Of a DNA stretch of 64,000 nucleotides, positions 25,407-38,186 are shown piece by piece (the first letter of the stretch is position 1; each line of letters starts with the position of its first letter). This stretch comes from Eledone cirrhosa (Eukaryota), in assembly GCA_964016885.1 (NCBI GenBank), contig OZ024743.1, positions 158,100,001 through 158,164,000 on the forward strand. Direction: 5' to 3'. The position numbers and the translations under genes are program-made. The notes below the pieces were generated by a model. The model ran no database searches. It saw nothing but the letters and a program-made list of their open reading frames with translations, and had not been told where the DNA came from.

Positions 25407-25548
25407 GTAGCAGCCCAACCTTAAACATTGGTAAATGATCATCATTGTCATTTTAACATCAGCTTTCCCCTGCTAGCAAGGGTTGCTAAATATATATATA
25501 TATCGAATTAAAAAATGGAGTTAAAGACTCACATTAATCGCCTATAAT

Positions 25549-28500
25549 TTAATAATAATAATGAAAATATTGTGTACAGTGCTCAGGTGCACTACAACTC
25601 ATCAAAAGTGTATGCATAGTACATAGGGTAATGTACAACGTCAGGAAAATGAACAGTGCACGAGTCATGATACACACATGTGTGCATGTGTATGGAAAGG
25701 GTACATCAGGTGTAGTTTGGGCGAATTTCGGGGAGCATGAGAGTTTTAAAGGATGCAGTGTCTCGGCAGCTAACAACTGACACAGGCAGTTTTTTCCATG
25801 CTTCAGCAACTATAAGCGTGAAAAAATGTTTCCGAAAGTCATGGGAGCTGCGCTGTAGGCATGTCCACGTGTGTTAGACACATGGAGATCAAAAAGGTGC
25901 TCAGGGTTGTTGTTGGCGAGATAGTTAATAACTTTGTGGGTGTTTACCAAGTCCATTGCCAGATGTCGGAGCTTCAATGAATCTATGCCCAGGAAGCAAG
26001 GCGTTCAGAGTATGGTAGGTGTCTGATGGAGGGTATGCGCTTAGTTGCACGTCTCTGAACAGTTTCCAGTAGGTCAATGTTCTGAGCAAGATAGGGGTTC
26101 CAGTCTGATGATGCGAATTTCAAGTGTGGTCGTACCATAGCTGTATACAGCTTTAAATAGATGGCCGGAGAGCGGCTAACAAAGGTCTTGCTGAGTGATT
26201 CCAAGACACCCTCGGCCTTCTTGACAATCTTAGAGACATGTTTTGTCCAACGCAAATCTCTGCTGACAGTAATGCCCAGGTCACGTTCACAAGAGGACTT
26301 CTTGATATCAGTGTTGTGGAGGGAGTATGTGAACGCTGGATTTTTCCTCCCAAAATCCATGGTGGCACACTTGTCCACAGCCAGCTTCAGTTGCCAGTCT
26401 GTGATCCATTGCTGCATTGTATCCAGGTCTGATTGTAGGAAAGAGTTGTAGATTTCAGGATCAGTCCTTTTGATTTCAAGGTACAGCTTGATGTCATCTG
26501 CATATTTCAGTACCGTGGCATTCTTTAAGTTGGCATCTATGTCATTAATATATGCCACAAACAAAAGGGGACCAAGAACAGATCCCTGTGGTACACCAGA
26601 TGACATCTCATATGGTGAAGAATGCTGTCCTAGAACCGTGACTACCTCTTTTCGGCTGAGAATGAAGGATTTCAACCAGTTAAAAAGATCATCCTTCACC
26701 TTCACACCCATTGCAGAGAGTTTCGCCATAAGTCTTTTGTGTGGCACAGAATTAAAAGCCTTATCGAAGTCAAAGTAAACAACATCCACCCATGTGATCC
26801 GGGTAATGTCTTCAAGGAACTCGATAAGCTGATCACAGCAGCTGGAGTTAGGGATAAATCCAAATTGCGATGGCCGGATGAGGCTGTGAGAGCTCCAGAA
26901 GTTCCAAAGTGTTTCTCTGACACAGGATTCTATCAGTTTGGCAATACAGCTAGTAAGACTGACTGGACAATAGTTGACAGGTGACGTGCAGTCGCCCTTT
27001 TTGAACAGGGGAATGACACTGGCAGTTTTCCACTGCTCCGGAGTAGCACCGTTGTTGAGACAGTATTGAAAGAAGAAGGAAAGCTGGTGCAAAAGGAAGT
27101 ACCCGCCATGTTTGAGAAGCAGGTATGTAACACCATCAAGACCAGGGGAGGCATAGTTGCGCTTATTCTTAAGGTGGCGTCGCAGCATTGCAGGTGTAAA
27201 TTCCATAGTTGTTATGGAATTTGATGTTAGAGATGGTGGAGATGGTACATTCTGGTTTTCAACAGTAAAAATGCTTGCAAAGCACTCAGCAATGAGTTCT
27301 GTGAATTCTTTGGGATCATCAGTGATCTGGCTTGTGTGGGGATTGCAAAGAGTACCAACTGGAGAGTGAGGTCTCTGCTTTGAATGTACATATTTCCAGA
27401 ACACCTTACTGTCAGGGTTGGTTGTTATGCATTGTTCAAATTCAAGCACTGCCTTTTTTGTCACTTGCTTGAGATGGTTGGAAGATTTATTCCGCTTTTT
27501 TCTGTTGGCATCTGATTTATACAGTTTATATTCCCGTTCAGCGTTCCGACATTCTTTCCTGGCAAGTCGGACCGCTAAAGTTTCCCAAATTGCACTTTTC
27601 GGGTTGTTTTTTTTCTGCTTACGTGGCACTGATGCTGCACACGCTATCCACATTGAGTCCAGGATGCTCTGGAGTATAGTGTTCACATCTCCAGAGTTAT
27701 AGAACTCATGCCAGTTTGGGCGGTGTAGCTCAGTGCAGTACAAGTTCCAATCTGCTTTCTTCCAATCAAAGCAAGCAGATTGGAGATGGTTCAGGTTTTT
27801 GTTGCTGCCCGCAAGAGCCAGATTGGCAATGATCATAGCATGATCAGAGTCGCCTAGAGGTTCCTCAGTAGTACGACTGATAACCACTTCAGGAGTAGTG
27901 GTGAAGATCAGGTCCAAAGTGTTGTCACCTCTTGATGGAGAGGTGGCTACTTGTGACCAGTTTGAGTCAAGCACTAGCTCAAGGAAATCGTTTGCACTTT
28001 GTGGCCAACAAAAGGTTTCCCAATCGATCTCAGGATGATTGAAGTCACCTACAATAAACACATAAGTGGCTGTTCTCCTGACAGCAGCTCTGAGGATATC
28101 GCAAAGCTGTGTGTCCTGATGGTAGTTGGGAGGAGGGGGGGGGGGCGATAAACAACACCAAGCAGAAATGTTGACATGGTCATACGTATGTCACAGAAAA
28201 AAAACTTCTTGTGATTCGTTCAAATCAATGCAAGGAATTACCGAATAGTTTGAACGAACGTAGACCATCACACCACCACCACGGCGATTAATGCGGGCCT
28301 TGCGGAAAAGGTTGTACCCAGTAATGCTGAAAACCCCATCACAGAGTAAGGAATGTGCCCATGTTTCTGTGACTGTGATGAAGTCAGGGTCGATGCTTCT
28401 GACGTAGGAGTTAAACAGATGTATCTTGTTGCATAAACTGCGAGCATTTAAGGACAACAATTTGTACTCTGCTTGCAGTTTATGATGGCGTGTAGAGGAT

Positions 28501-28740
28501 GGCAGGTTGTTCTGGTTTAGTTTCCCAGAGTTGTTGCAGTTTTTTCATTGCCAGTTATTGTGGGTAGAGCGCACTCAGACTAGCTGGTATCTCTCTTCCA
28601 CGTTTCACCAGCCTTAACAAACCTCCAGATTTGCCCATCATCACGCAGACTAAAACTTTCATCTTGTGCTGAGTTCCGATTCAAGGAAGCTGCAGCACGT
28701 AGCTTTGGACGTACATGAGCTCAAGGAATAGATTCCGGGT
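25549..28740 (-). mobile_element. CR1-clade LINE (ORF2 APE + RT)
   Basis: LNARSL, VTETW, RRGGGV, GDFNHPEIDW, SDHAMI, DFDKAF, SGVPQGSVLGPLLF, YADD, QRRATK. (ATT)n tail. Confidence 0.92.
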
Positions 28741-29050
28741 TCTTTTATAAATCTATATATAGAGAGAAGTACACATAGAGCTATGTGTTTAATCATAGGG
28801 GATAGAAAACCACCAGAGCGATAAACATACTGTCTATGAAAGGAAATGCAAATACAGATCAATTAAAAGAATAAATTAAAGTGTAGAAACCATCCAATAA
28901 CTATTACACCTGGACATTCTCAAATTAAAGTATGTTTCATGTGTAACTTCTCTCTACACCATGTGTGTTTTTTTTTAGTTTGATATATTTTTAGAAGTGC
29001 AGACCATATTGTAGTCTACCAGTTGACAAGCCCTCTACAATCTAGAATCT

Positions 29051-29750
29051 TCACTTTTTCGATCCACCTGACAGAAACCTGCAATTGATGTAGTCCCAGT
29101 TACGTTGGACCGTAGTATACTGGGGGACAGAGAGGTCTTTGCAGAAAGAGGTGACATTGCCCTTGAGCCTCGAAGCCAAGGAGGTGCCAGATCTGTCTGT
29201 CACTATTGGGTTCCCCACCAACAGGATCCTGAATATGAGAGTCGCTAAACTGAACAGTCTGGTCCAGTCCCGTGGATCGCTCGAGTCAAGCGCTCGGTCG
29301 ATTGAGGTTGCTAGAGCTTCAGCCACGGGAGTATGGACAGACCTGCCGATCCTGGTGATGACTCTCCTCGACTGCCTGAGGCGGGAGATCGCCACCAGAC
29401 ACTTGCCTGAGTCAAGCGGGTTTAGTCCCCATTGGGCCAAGTGCCCATGACCACCTGTGGTGTTGGGGTGGATAGGCCTGGTAGGCAGTGCCATTGGTGC
29501 AAGGAATCCGATGCGCGTCCTGTGAGTTTGATGCAAGAGAGGTGGAAGAAGCTGATGCAGTTGGAGCAGTTCCTTCCTCACTTGCACCTGTTGCACGTGG
29601 CGCACGAGTGGCACTGGTCAACCTTCTGTTGGGTGGAAGGTTGAGGAGAGAGGCAAGCATTGAATCAGGGTTGCAGGAGGTTAAATCTTCTGTCAAATAG
29701 GAATGTAAAAGAGATACCTGGACCGTATGGGATAGGAGGTTGGGGGCGAG
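29051..29750 (-). mobile_element. CRE-like non-LTR element, N-terminal fragment
   Basis: RVITRI...VAEALATSIDRAL....WTRLF...SLASRLKGN resembles the pre-RT region of CRE elements. Confidence 0.5.
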
Positions 29751-31022
29751 CTAGAACTGAGAATTGTAATCTATGTTTGTGGGTAAATGTATGCATGATG
29801 TTGAGATGAATGTTGGGTGTGTCCAAGCACCCAAAGCAGCAAGTTCAATAACAGCGCAAAAATAGAACAGCGAGTCACTAAAACGAAGGAGAGAGGAAGT
29901 CAAAAACTGAAAAATGAGCCCTGAGATACACCAAAATGAAAAAGTGCCGAGATGGGTGCCATTCAAAATGGCAAATTCAACAAAAGGGCAAAATTGGAGC
30001 CAAAAGATGCTAAAGGGACCGAAGAGAGGAAGCTGAACCTGAAGAATTCTTAGAAGTATCAGAGACAGTGGCAGAAAATACATGTATGTGATGCATTCAC
30101 AAAACATGTGTCATGCACTATCACAAACAAAATGTCAAACATAAAGTTCATTCACTAAATCCAGCCACATATTTCCCCCCAGAACCTGCCCCTGTTTAGT
30201 ACAGGATTGGCACCAAATTGAGGCCTGAAGCAATCGACAAAAGAGTCCTTCTTCAATTCAGGATCTTGGATTTACTGCACTCATGCCAGCAAAACATAGG
30301 AAAAAGCTAGACAGAATGAAACCTCAGAGGAAGTGGGTGACTAAACCTGTTGACCTGAATATGTTAAGCCTGCTAGTAGAGCACTAACACATTAAAGAAA
30401 TAATTCTACCTTATCATAAATATTTATAGCAAATCTGTAAAAATGACATTGTACTTAGCTACATTAGGTTAAAAAAATAAAACGAGAGAAATTTTAATTT
30501 CGGTGTATCTAAGTCAAATGAATTAGCATAGTGTATTTATTTGTTTGATTATTTGCTTTTATTTACAATTTGCTAAATGGTTAAGAAGTTATAATTTATT
30601 ACTGTATCCCATCTTCATAGAAATTTCTAGTTATCAATTGCTCTATGGCCCAGGAAAGGCACCTTGTTCACTTATTTACTTATATCAAACACCAATAAAT
30701 CTACTATTAATGTTTAAGATAGTTTTTGTTATCTTGGTTGCTAAGAATCTAGAGTATTATAAATTTCTATTTTATATAGGAAAAAATGCCTCAATAAAAT
30801 CTTGAAGTGTGTTTGTATCGGGTTTATCATGCCCTTGCAATACCTTAGCAATAGAAAGTATTAGAATTGAGTGCTAACTAGTAGCGTTCTTTAACAAGGC
30901 TAACGGTATAGTTTTTATGATAATGCTTACATACAGACCTGATAAATGTGTGTATGTGTGAATTTTGTGTATCTAATGATATAGGGTATGTTTACAAATA
31001 AACACTTTGAAAGCTCTTTAGC

Positions 31023-31368
31023 TATGAATTTTGAAAGCTGACAGCTAGTGCCATCTAGCTGATTCCAGCAAAAGTAGTAGAGGATAGCTATTAACGCATT
31101 TCTGGCCTATTGCCATAATCAGGACACTACTATCCCCACCCTGCTCTCTGCTGGAATTTGAAACAGGCGAAAATATATAGTTTTTTGCCTATGTACATGG
31201 GTTGATTAGTCTCATTTGCATATGGAGCTGTCAGGCTGGCTCAGCCTGAAAATAGGATTAAAGTTTTCGCTGATGATGGCCATAAGCCAGAAATGTGTTG
31301 ACAGTTATCCTCTATTGCTTCTACTGGAATCTGCTAGATGGCTCCAGCTGTCAGCTTCCAAAATTCAT
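31023..31368. repeat. Diverged inverted repeat (about 105-bp arms) with decayed hammerhead cores
   Basis: 31023-31131 versus 31270-31368. Right arm reads CTGATGA-TGGC(CATAA)GCCA-GAAA-TGTG-TT. Confidence 0.7.
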
Positions 31369-31427
31369 ATACTTATATTATACACCTATGTTGGAGTGAA
31401 AACTTTAATCATATATATATATATATA

Positions 31428-32130
31428 TACTATATTTAGGTTTAATCAATACATATAAAATATATATAAATTATGTTTCTCAATAAAAAAGCTCCATGAA
31501 CATTAGTTAAGAGCATCAATTATACAATAAGTTTAAATTATATATATAAAAAGGGTATATATCAATTGAGAAACTACTAGTATTTTGTATATATGCACAA
31601 AAACTTTAATGCGTAAGTAAATATACTTACTTGAAGATGGTAACATACCCTATAATTCCTTATACAGATCTGTTTCACAAAACCCCAAGAAAAGATGCAA
31701 CCCATCAATCATAGTAATTAGTATCAATCACCAATTATCGATTTTGGTAATAAGTATCTTCAGATCAAGATCTCATTCACTAGTAAGGTCAGGTCTTCTA
31801 TATATATCTCACACTGAGCAAAATTGCTAGTTAGCTGCCCAGGGAAAAAATTTGAAATGTTCTCCACATGGTGTAAAATTAACATTTAACAGGAGGACAG
31901 ATATTACAAGACAGGCCATAATAAATGTTAAACATAGCTCTGAACAGGTCCCATTAAGACAACTCAACTAATTAAAAAAATTGAATAGAACTATACTATA
32001 TTTAGGTTTAATTGATACATCTAAAATATAAATGAATTATGTTTTTCAATAAAAAAGCTCCATAAACATTAGTTCAGAGCATCAATTATACAATAAGTTT
32101 AAACGGTATATAAACAAGGTATATATCAAT
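31428..32130 (-). mobile_element. Non-coding HHR element, about 1.25 copies of a roughly 565-nt unit
   Basis: Direct repeat at 31428-31566 / 31994-32130, (TA)n on both sides, hammerhead core inside. Confidence 0.7.
31659..31769 (-). ncRNA. Hammerhead ribozyme candidate, extended stem II, imperfect stem I
   Basis: CUUGAU-CUGAAGA-(about 80 nt)-GAAA-CAGAUCUG-UA-UAAG. Palindromic stem III ACAGAUCUGU. Confidence 0.6.
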
Positions 32131-32144
32131 ATATATATATATAT

Positions 32145-33700
32145 ATTAGGTTGGATACAAAGTCCTGTTGCATTTTGGATAAGGAAAGGAAAAGATGTGT
32201 ATTTTGTTATATTTCCCCTAATTTTTTATATCGTAAACCCATCTGGCTGGGAAGTTGTTGATCCCTCTAGCACACAATTTTCAGGTTATGAAGTAAAGAA
32301 AGATTCAAAGTTCATTTTTACCTCTTCCCAATTGGTAAACTATTTTCCATTTAGAGTGACTAAGACCGATGGAAGAGGCAAACCCAGAAAGATATGGGAT
32401 GAGGTTGGGAAGACTGACCTTAAAAGACTAAACCTCACAACAGAAATGGCTAAATACCATGTGGGCTGGTGGTATGCATGCTAAGGAAAACCTGGCCTGC
32501 AGCATACACTGTGACCTACCACATTCCCCACTCCACTAGCACTCCCCAGAAATGGCTAAAGACCATGAGGGCTGGTGGTATGCATGCTAAGTAAAACCTG
32601 GCCTGCAGCATACAATGTGACCTACCACATTCCCCACTCCACTAGCACTCCCCAACAGTTAACCTCAATATCATTACTTCACCCACACCCCCTCTCCCCT
32701 ATTCTTAGCAGCTACTTCCCCTGTGAGGTGGTTGGTGATGGGAAGGGCATTGCCAAACAATGGATTGGGAGGAGCCTTCAGCTGTGTCAAAGACCTGACA
32801 ACCTCTCCTGTGCACTTGATGGAACATTGACTGTACATAAAGTAAGATACAGATCCCTGGCTTACCTGGGAGATCAGTGGCTCCACTTCAGTACTGACTT
32901 GGTCTATGTAGACCTGCCCAACACTTGCTAGCAGAGAAAGAGGATGTTAAAATGACAATGATGATACTGATGATGATGAAAATGTTGCCATGATCTGAAA
33001 AGATGATAATCCATTGGAGAAAGATCAGGTGAATAAGGATGGGGCAAAACTTCCATATTAAGTGTAAGAATTTTGTTCTGTGTAATTCAGGCAACATGGG
33101 ATCTTGCATTATCATATAAGAGCAACATACTTTTATGATTTGCTATGCTGGTTGCGATTTCTGTAAATTATGATGTAATTGATTCCAGTTGGTGACAATA
33201 CTTTTAAACATTAATTGTCACGCCTGAGTTCAAAACTTCATAATAGATGACACCCTTCATATCCTACCAAACCCAGAATATAAACATGTTCTGTGTGTAG
33301 TCTTGCTTTGGATGTGGTTTTTCCCTTTCCATTGAGTGATAACCATTGTCATTTTCTTTGGATATTATTGTACAGTACCCACTTTTTATCATTGGTTATT
33401 ATTCTACCATGCAAGTCTACTCATTAATGAAGAGCAAAGGACAAATCCTTGATCGAGATGAATAGCAGTTTGTGTAGGTGCTTTACGAATGTCCTGTGAA
33501 ATATATTGAATATTTTTGCCAGTTCTCGTGCAGTTTGCTAAGGATTAGTTGGAGCTTCATCATTATAGGCAGAACAAATATTCCTTGCTGCATCAATTAC
33601 TACGAACTCTTTTTCATACAATTCACAATGTCTTATATGCATCAGATCAGCACTCATTCTAGAGGGGACAAATTGCATTATATTAAGCACTATAATATTA
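32145..33700 (-). mobile_element. Decayed mariner transposon, split by an RTE insertion
   Basis: ITNDKKWVLY, DMKGVIYYE, DNARSHVA, PHPYSPDLSPMDYHLFRS, LNGK..ARW. TIR-like ATTAGGTTGGATACAAAGT at the left end. Confidence 0.8.
32359..32979 (+). mobile_element. RTE LINE 3' fragment with a roughly 105-bp tandem duplication
   Basis: GRGKPRKIWDEVGKTDL and a (TGA)n tail. Same family as 58262-59805. Confidence 0.8.
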
Positions 33701-34027
33701 AATTAATCTGAAAAAACAACCCAAACAAGCGTTAGAACAAAAAAATGAAAAGCTTATATTTCAGTCAATATTGAAAAACTGTCTTTAAAGTCATTATATC
33801 TAAAATATGACATGACTTTGTATTTAAGATTATATAAAAATATATAATCCGGCCTATGAATTTAGGACGAATGTTTACCGTGAACTACTTTTTACGGTTA
33901 TCCGTTTAAAAAAAGCAATTAGAGTTATCTCCCTTTGGACAATCAGCCTAGTTTTGTATTTTTATGCTGACCAATTAGTATTTACGTTTAGTTTATACTT
34001 TACTGGCAATAGTTATAATTTGACATT

Positions 34028-35044
34028 ATGTTTAATTATTCAGACGATGAAGACTATCTGGATTTGGATTTCGATGATAACAGTGAAGGGAATTCTTCTG
34101 AAAGTTCTGATGATGATATCAGTATTGTTGCAAAACAAGCAGATAATCGCTGTAAGATAACAACTTTTTCCAAAGTAAAACCTAAAACAACTTTGAAACA
34201 AGACAGTAGCGATTTCGAAGATGAAATGGAACATGAGCTTTCACAAAATATTGAATCATTGAAAAGACACTTCAAATCGTCTCAACAACAACGGCACCCA
34301 ATTGCCGCTAGTAGCGAATCTACCACAACTGCAACTACATCAATAGCTTCTACGAGTGATAATTGTGATGGTGAAAATAATAACAAGTTCTACAACGATA
34401 TTTATTTTGATTCCGATGAAGAAGATGCTGAAGATTCTGCTAATAAGGATAGTAGTAGCAAACATCATAGAGTCATGTCTAACGATGAACTCTTCTATGA
34501 CCCAACTATGGACGCGAAAGACCAATTATGGATGGACGAACGGAGACGAAATCCACACAAAAGAAATGTCAAATTCATGCCTCCTCCAGGTTCCAAAATA
34601 AAAACTACAAAGACGGACAGAACAAAACTTACGCCCAAAAGTAAAAAAGGAACGGGTGATAAATCTCAGAAAACTGTTCGGTTCAATTTATCCGATGGCA
34701 TTGAAAACCCCACAAAGAACAAGTCTTCCAAGATACCTAAAAGACCATCTTCCGATGCTTTGTTAGACTGTCCAGCATGTATGACAACAATTTGTGTCGA
34801 TTGTCAAAGACACGACAGATACCCTAACCAATACCGTGCCATGTTTGTTATGAACTGCTCCGTAGATTATTCTGAAAATTTATCTTACCCAAATTCCAGT
34901 AAAGACTCTAAGAAAATGAAAATATCTGATAAAACGAATGAAGTGTATCACCCAGTTTATTGTAACGAATGTAAAACCCAAGTTGCTGTTTATGATGAGG
35001 ATGAAATTTATCATTTCTTTAATGTAATAAGTAGTTACGGTTGA
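34028..35044 (+). CDS. EAPP: E2F-associated phosphoprotein homolog, single coding exon
   Basis: 338 aa, acidic N-terminus, YNDIYFDSDEE, NDELFYDP. C-terminal SDALLDCPACMTTICVDCQRH...QYRAMFVMNC...YHPVYCNECKTQVAVYDEDEIYHFFNV. Confidence 0.93.
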   Translation: MFNYSDDEDYLDLDFDDNSEGNSSESSDDDISIVAKQADNRCKITTFSKVKPKTTLKQDSSDFEDEMEHELSQNIESLKRHFKSSQQQRHPIAASSESTTTATTSIASTSDNCDGENNNKFYNDIYFDSDEEDAEDSANKDSSSKHHRVMSNDELFYDPTMDAKDQLWMDERRRNPHKRNVKFMPPPGSKIKTTKTDRTKLTPKSKKGTGDKSQKTVRFNLSDGIENPTKNKSSKIPKRPSSDALLDCPACMTTICVDCQRHDRYPNQYRAMFVMNCSVDYSENLSYPNSSKDSKKMKISDKTNEVYHPVYCNECKTQVAVYDEDEIYHFFNVISSYG

Positions 35045-37494
35045 TAAATTATTCTATATTCATTTTGTTATATTAATATTTTTAATTTTTTACTAATCTT
35101 TCGTATTGCTGATGTAAACTGAAAACGAAATACAGGTACCAGAATACAACACAAGACAGATATTATTACATTTTCTAAAGAAACAACAATGCTACAAATT
35201 TGTATATTTAATATTTTTTAGCATACATGTAATTGTATAAAATATATATTTGGCAAGGATAGTATTGTTTGTTCCAATATAGTAGTGACTCCACCAGATG
35301 GTTATTGTATAGGAGACGAGGGAATCCTGCATGAAATTCTTAGAATGAATCGGTACACACACGAGTATACTGGACTATATATATAAAAAATACAATTACA
35401 TATTTCATGTTTAAAAATCATATATCTGTATTTGAAGTAGTATTGTTTGTTCAGAAAATTGAATGACGATCGTGTTTGTATTTTATTCTGGTTTCTTTTT
35501 GTAATGAACCTAGCTGTGGTACAAAGGATCGATTTACAAACTAACATATTTTCTTTGTTTTGTTTATTATACTTTAATCATGTCGAACCAACGAGGGGGA
35601 CTATTTGGTCGCTCCAACAAATAGAATCTCTTAAATCAGTCGTTGCTTTCTTTAAAATATAAGACACGTTAGATACTACATGGGATATACGTACTCTGCT
35701 TAAGATACGACCGATACCCTAGTCAATGATGTGCCATGTTCGTTATGAACTGCAATTCCATGGTATGGTCACGATAGCTCTGTTGGACAAGAGTGACCCC
35801 TGGTTAAACAAAAATGTTAACCCTATTTAGAGTTATCGACTTTAGGTTGACATAAAATAAACCCCAGTAAACATATTATTGTCAATTTACTCCAATATAT
35901 TTGTCACCAATAATACAGTTATTTCGTTTACCTATTCCTGGGTGTCACGTTCGTCGGTAGTTCACATTCACACCAACTTAACATTTCGCAATTCCTTTTT
36001 TATACTTCCGACTTTTTTACGCCTGTCTACAATAGCTACATCACCTCTATGTAGTTTCTTGGCTTCCTCGAAATAGCAGTCATATCTCTCAAATTACATC
36101 CCACTGTATTAAAAACGAAAGGACGCACAGAATAACGTGGCCCTATATGTTTGAAGAAAAAGAAAGAATAGGCATTACTGGAAAGCGTGACTTAAGTTAA
36201 ACTACAAAAGCTAAAACAAAACATGAGAGCTGAAAACGAATAAAATAGTAAAATAAATTATGAACATTTATAAGAAAAATTTAAGCCAATCTAAAGAGAA
36301 AGTTTAAAAAGAATTGTTTAGCAAAACTTAGGTAAGACCGCCACAACTAAACGCGTTATCATCCTTTCAATGTTGAGTTATGTCCCTTCATGTTAATTCA
36401 ACTCGAGACGCGGTTTACTTTCCTTTTCAATTTTAAGGGCTAGTCACTAAAGTGATTACCAGTCGTGTACAATGATCGAGCTAATCGAATATACCAAATT
36501 TGGGTACTTTCTGCCTATATTAGAAATGCTTACTCTATTTGCCACTATCAGCATAAAAAGAAGTACTTTTGTTATCAAGTCATTTATTTTTTTTGTCATG
36601 TCATATGACGGTCCCATCGTTCATCATCATCATTTGTTTAAATGGAGGTAGAGTATGATTTAAGGGAGACATTGGTTGATATTTATGGGGCCCATGTAGA
36701 CGCACCCTTGAAAGTTACCTTCATTAAGAGTTTTGGAATTATGAAATTCATTAAGAGTTATTACTGTATATGTATGTATTTTTGTATTGCTAACATACTG
36801 CACTTGTATAACTCTCCACATATATCCTGTTACCACTTGTAATCCCATTTACTATCTCACCAACAAGAAATCCTCTGTTATCCAACCTGCAGAAATAGCC
36901 AAATCACACCATTCCATCTGAAAAAAAAAAATGCCACATTAAAAGATATAGTTCTGGATATACAAATAAAAAAAATGATGCTGATTATAACTGGAATTAT
37001 TTGCTCTCACTAAATGATGCCATCTACAAAAACGTAACTCACTAAATGTGATCACATTAAATAATGAAGTCTTGAGTTCACTGTGCCTAAGAAAAAGACA
37101 GGATGGTCACAGCTAGAGTGAATTCAATCATAGATCTGTTCAATCAGATTTAAATGATAAGGTATTTCTAATATACAAATGTTCAACTATGTCAGCATGG
37201 AAAAAAGTGTAAAATTAAGTACATATATATGTATATATGTGTGTGATGAAAATCAGTAAAGGATGGCCAAACACAAATTGGTACATTGTGCAAAATATAT
37301 CCTGTGCTATTGAGTTCCTTCCAAGTTACATCTCTTTACAGCAAGCCCAACTTTCCTATCAGTCCCTTATAAAATCGATAAAATAAGTACAAGACTAAGT
37401 ACTGGATCAATCTAATAGACTAAAACCTTTAAAGGTGATGGCCGTGGTCTTAAGACTAAAACCAGTAAAACAATTTATTGATGAATCATTATAT

Positions 37495-37725
37495 AATTGT
37501 TTCTATTTTATGCACAAGGCCAGCAATTACCCAGTACATTACTGGTACTTTATTTTATCGACCCCGTAAGGATGAAAGGCAAAGTTAACCTCGGCAGGAT
37601 TTGAACTCAGATCATAAGAGTTATGAAATAATTGTTTCTACTTTAAGCACAAGGCCAGCAATTACCCAGAGCATTACTGGTACTTTATTTTATCGACCCC
37701 GTAAGGATGAAAGGCAAAGTCAACA
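37495..37725 (-). mobile_element. Two tandem 5'-truncated SINE copies
   Basis: GCACAAGGCCAGC...ATCGACCCCGTAAGGATGAAAGGCAAAGT occurs twice. Same family as 40780-40972. Confidence 0.8.
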
Positions 37726-37752
37726 TTATATAATGTATGATAAATATAGTCA

Positions 37753-37958
37753 TTAACCCTTTAGCATTTAAACCAGCTGTATCCAGCCAGAATTCTCACA
37801 CCTCTTTCTGTTCAAACTGGCTGAAACATACTGATGTTAAGGTATTGTTCTCAAAATAATGTTCATCAAAACCTCATAGATTTGATATTATGTGAGATAA
37901 AGCTTTTACCACGAAAATACAATAGTATATATAGAGTAATGTAAATGATAAAGGGATA
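37753..37958. mobile_element. Possible piggyBac-type MITE
   Basis: TTAACCCTTTAGCATT at the left end and AATGATAAAGGGATAA at the right end. Confidence 0.45.
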
Positions 37959-38186
37959 AAATTTGTTAGCCCCATAACAAGCTTCATCATATACTCATCA
38001 TGGGATCTTTTACAGGACGTTTTATGCCAAGATGTCTTTCAAGGCACCAACCCTTTTTATTTTATTTTACAACATGCAACAATAAGGTGTACCTATTTTA
38101 AGCTGGAGGCACACTACAAGTCATTGATAATAACAGAAGTGTTAAAATTTATCTGATGTCACCTCCCACTCATATCCAAGCTCTGG

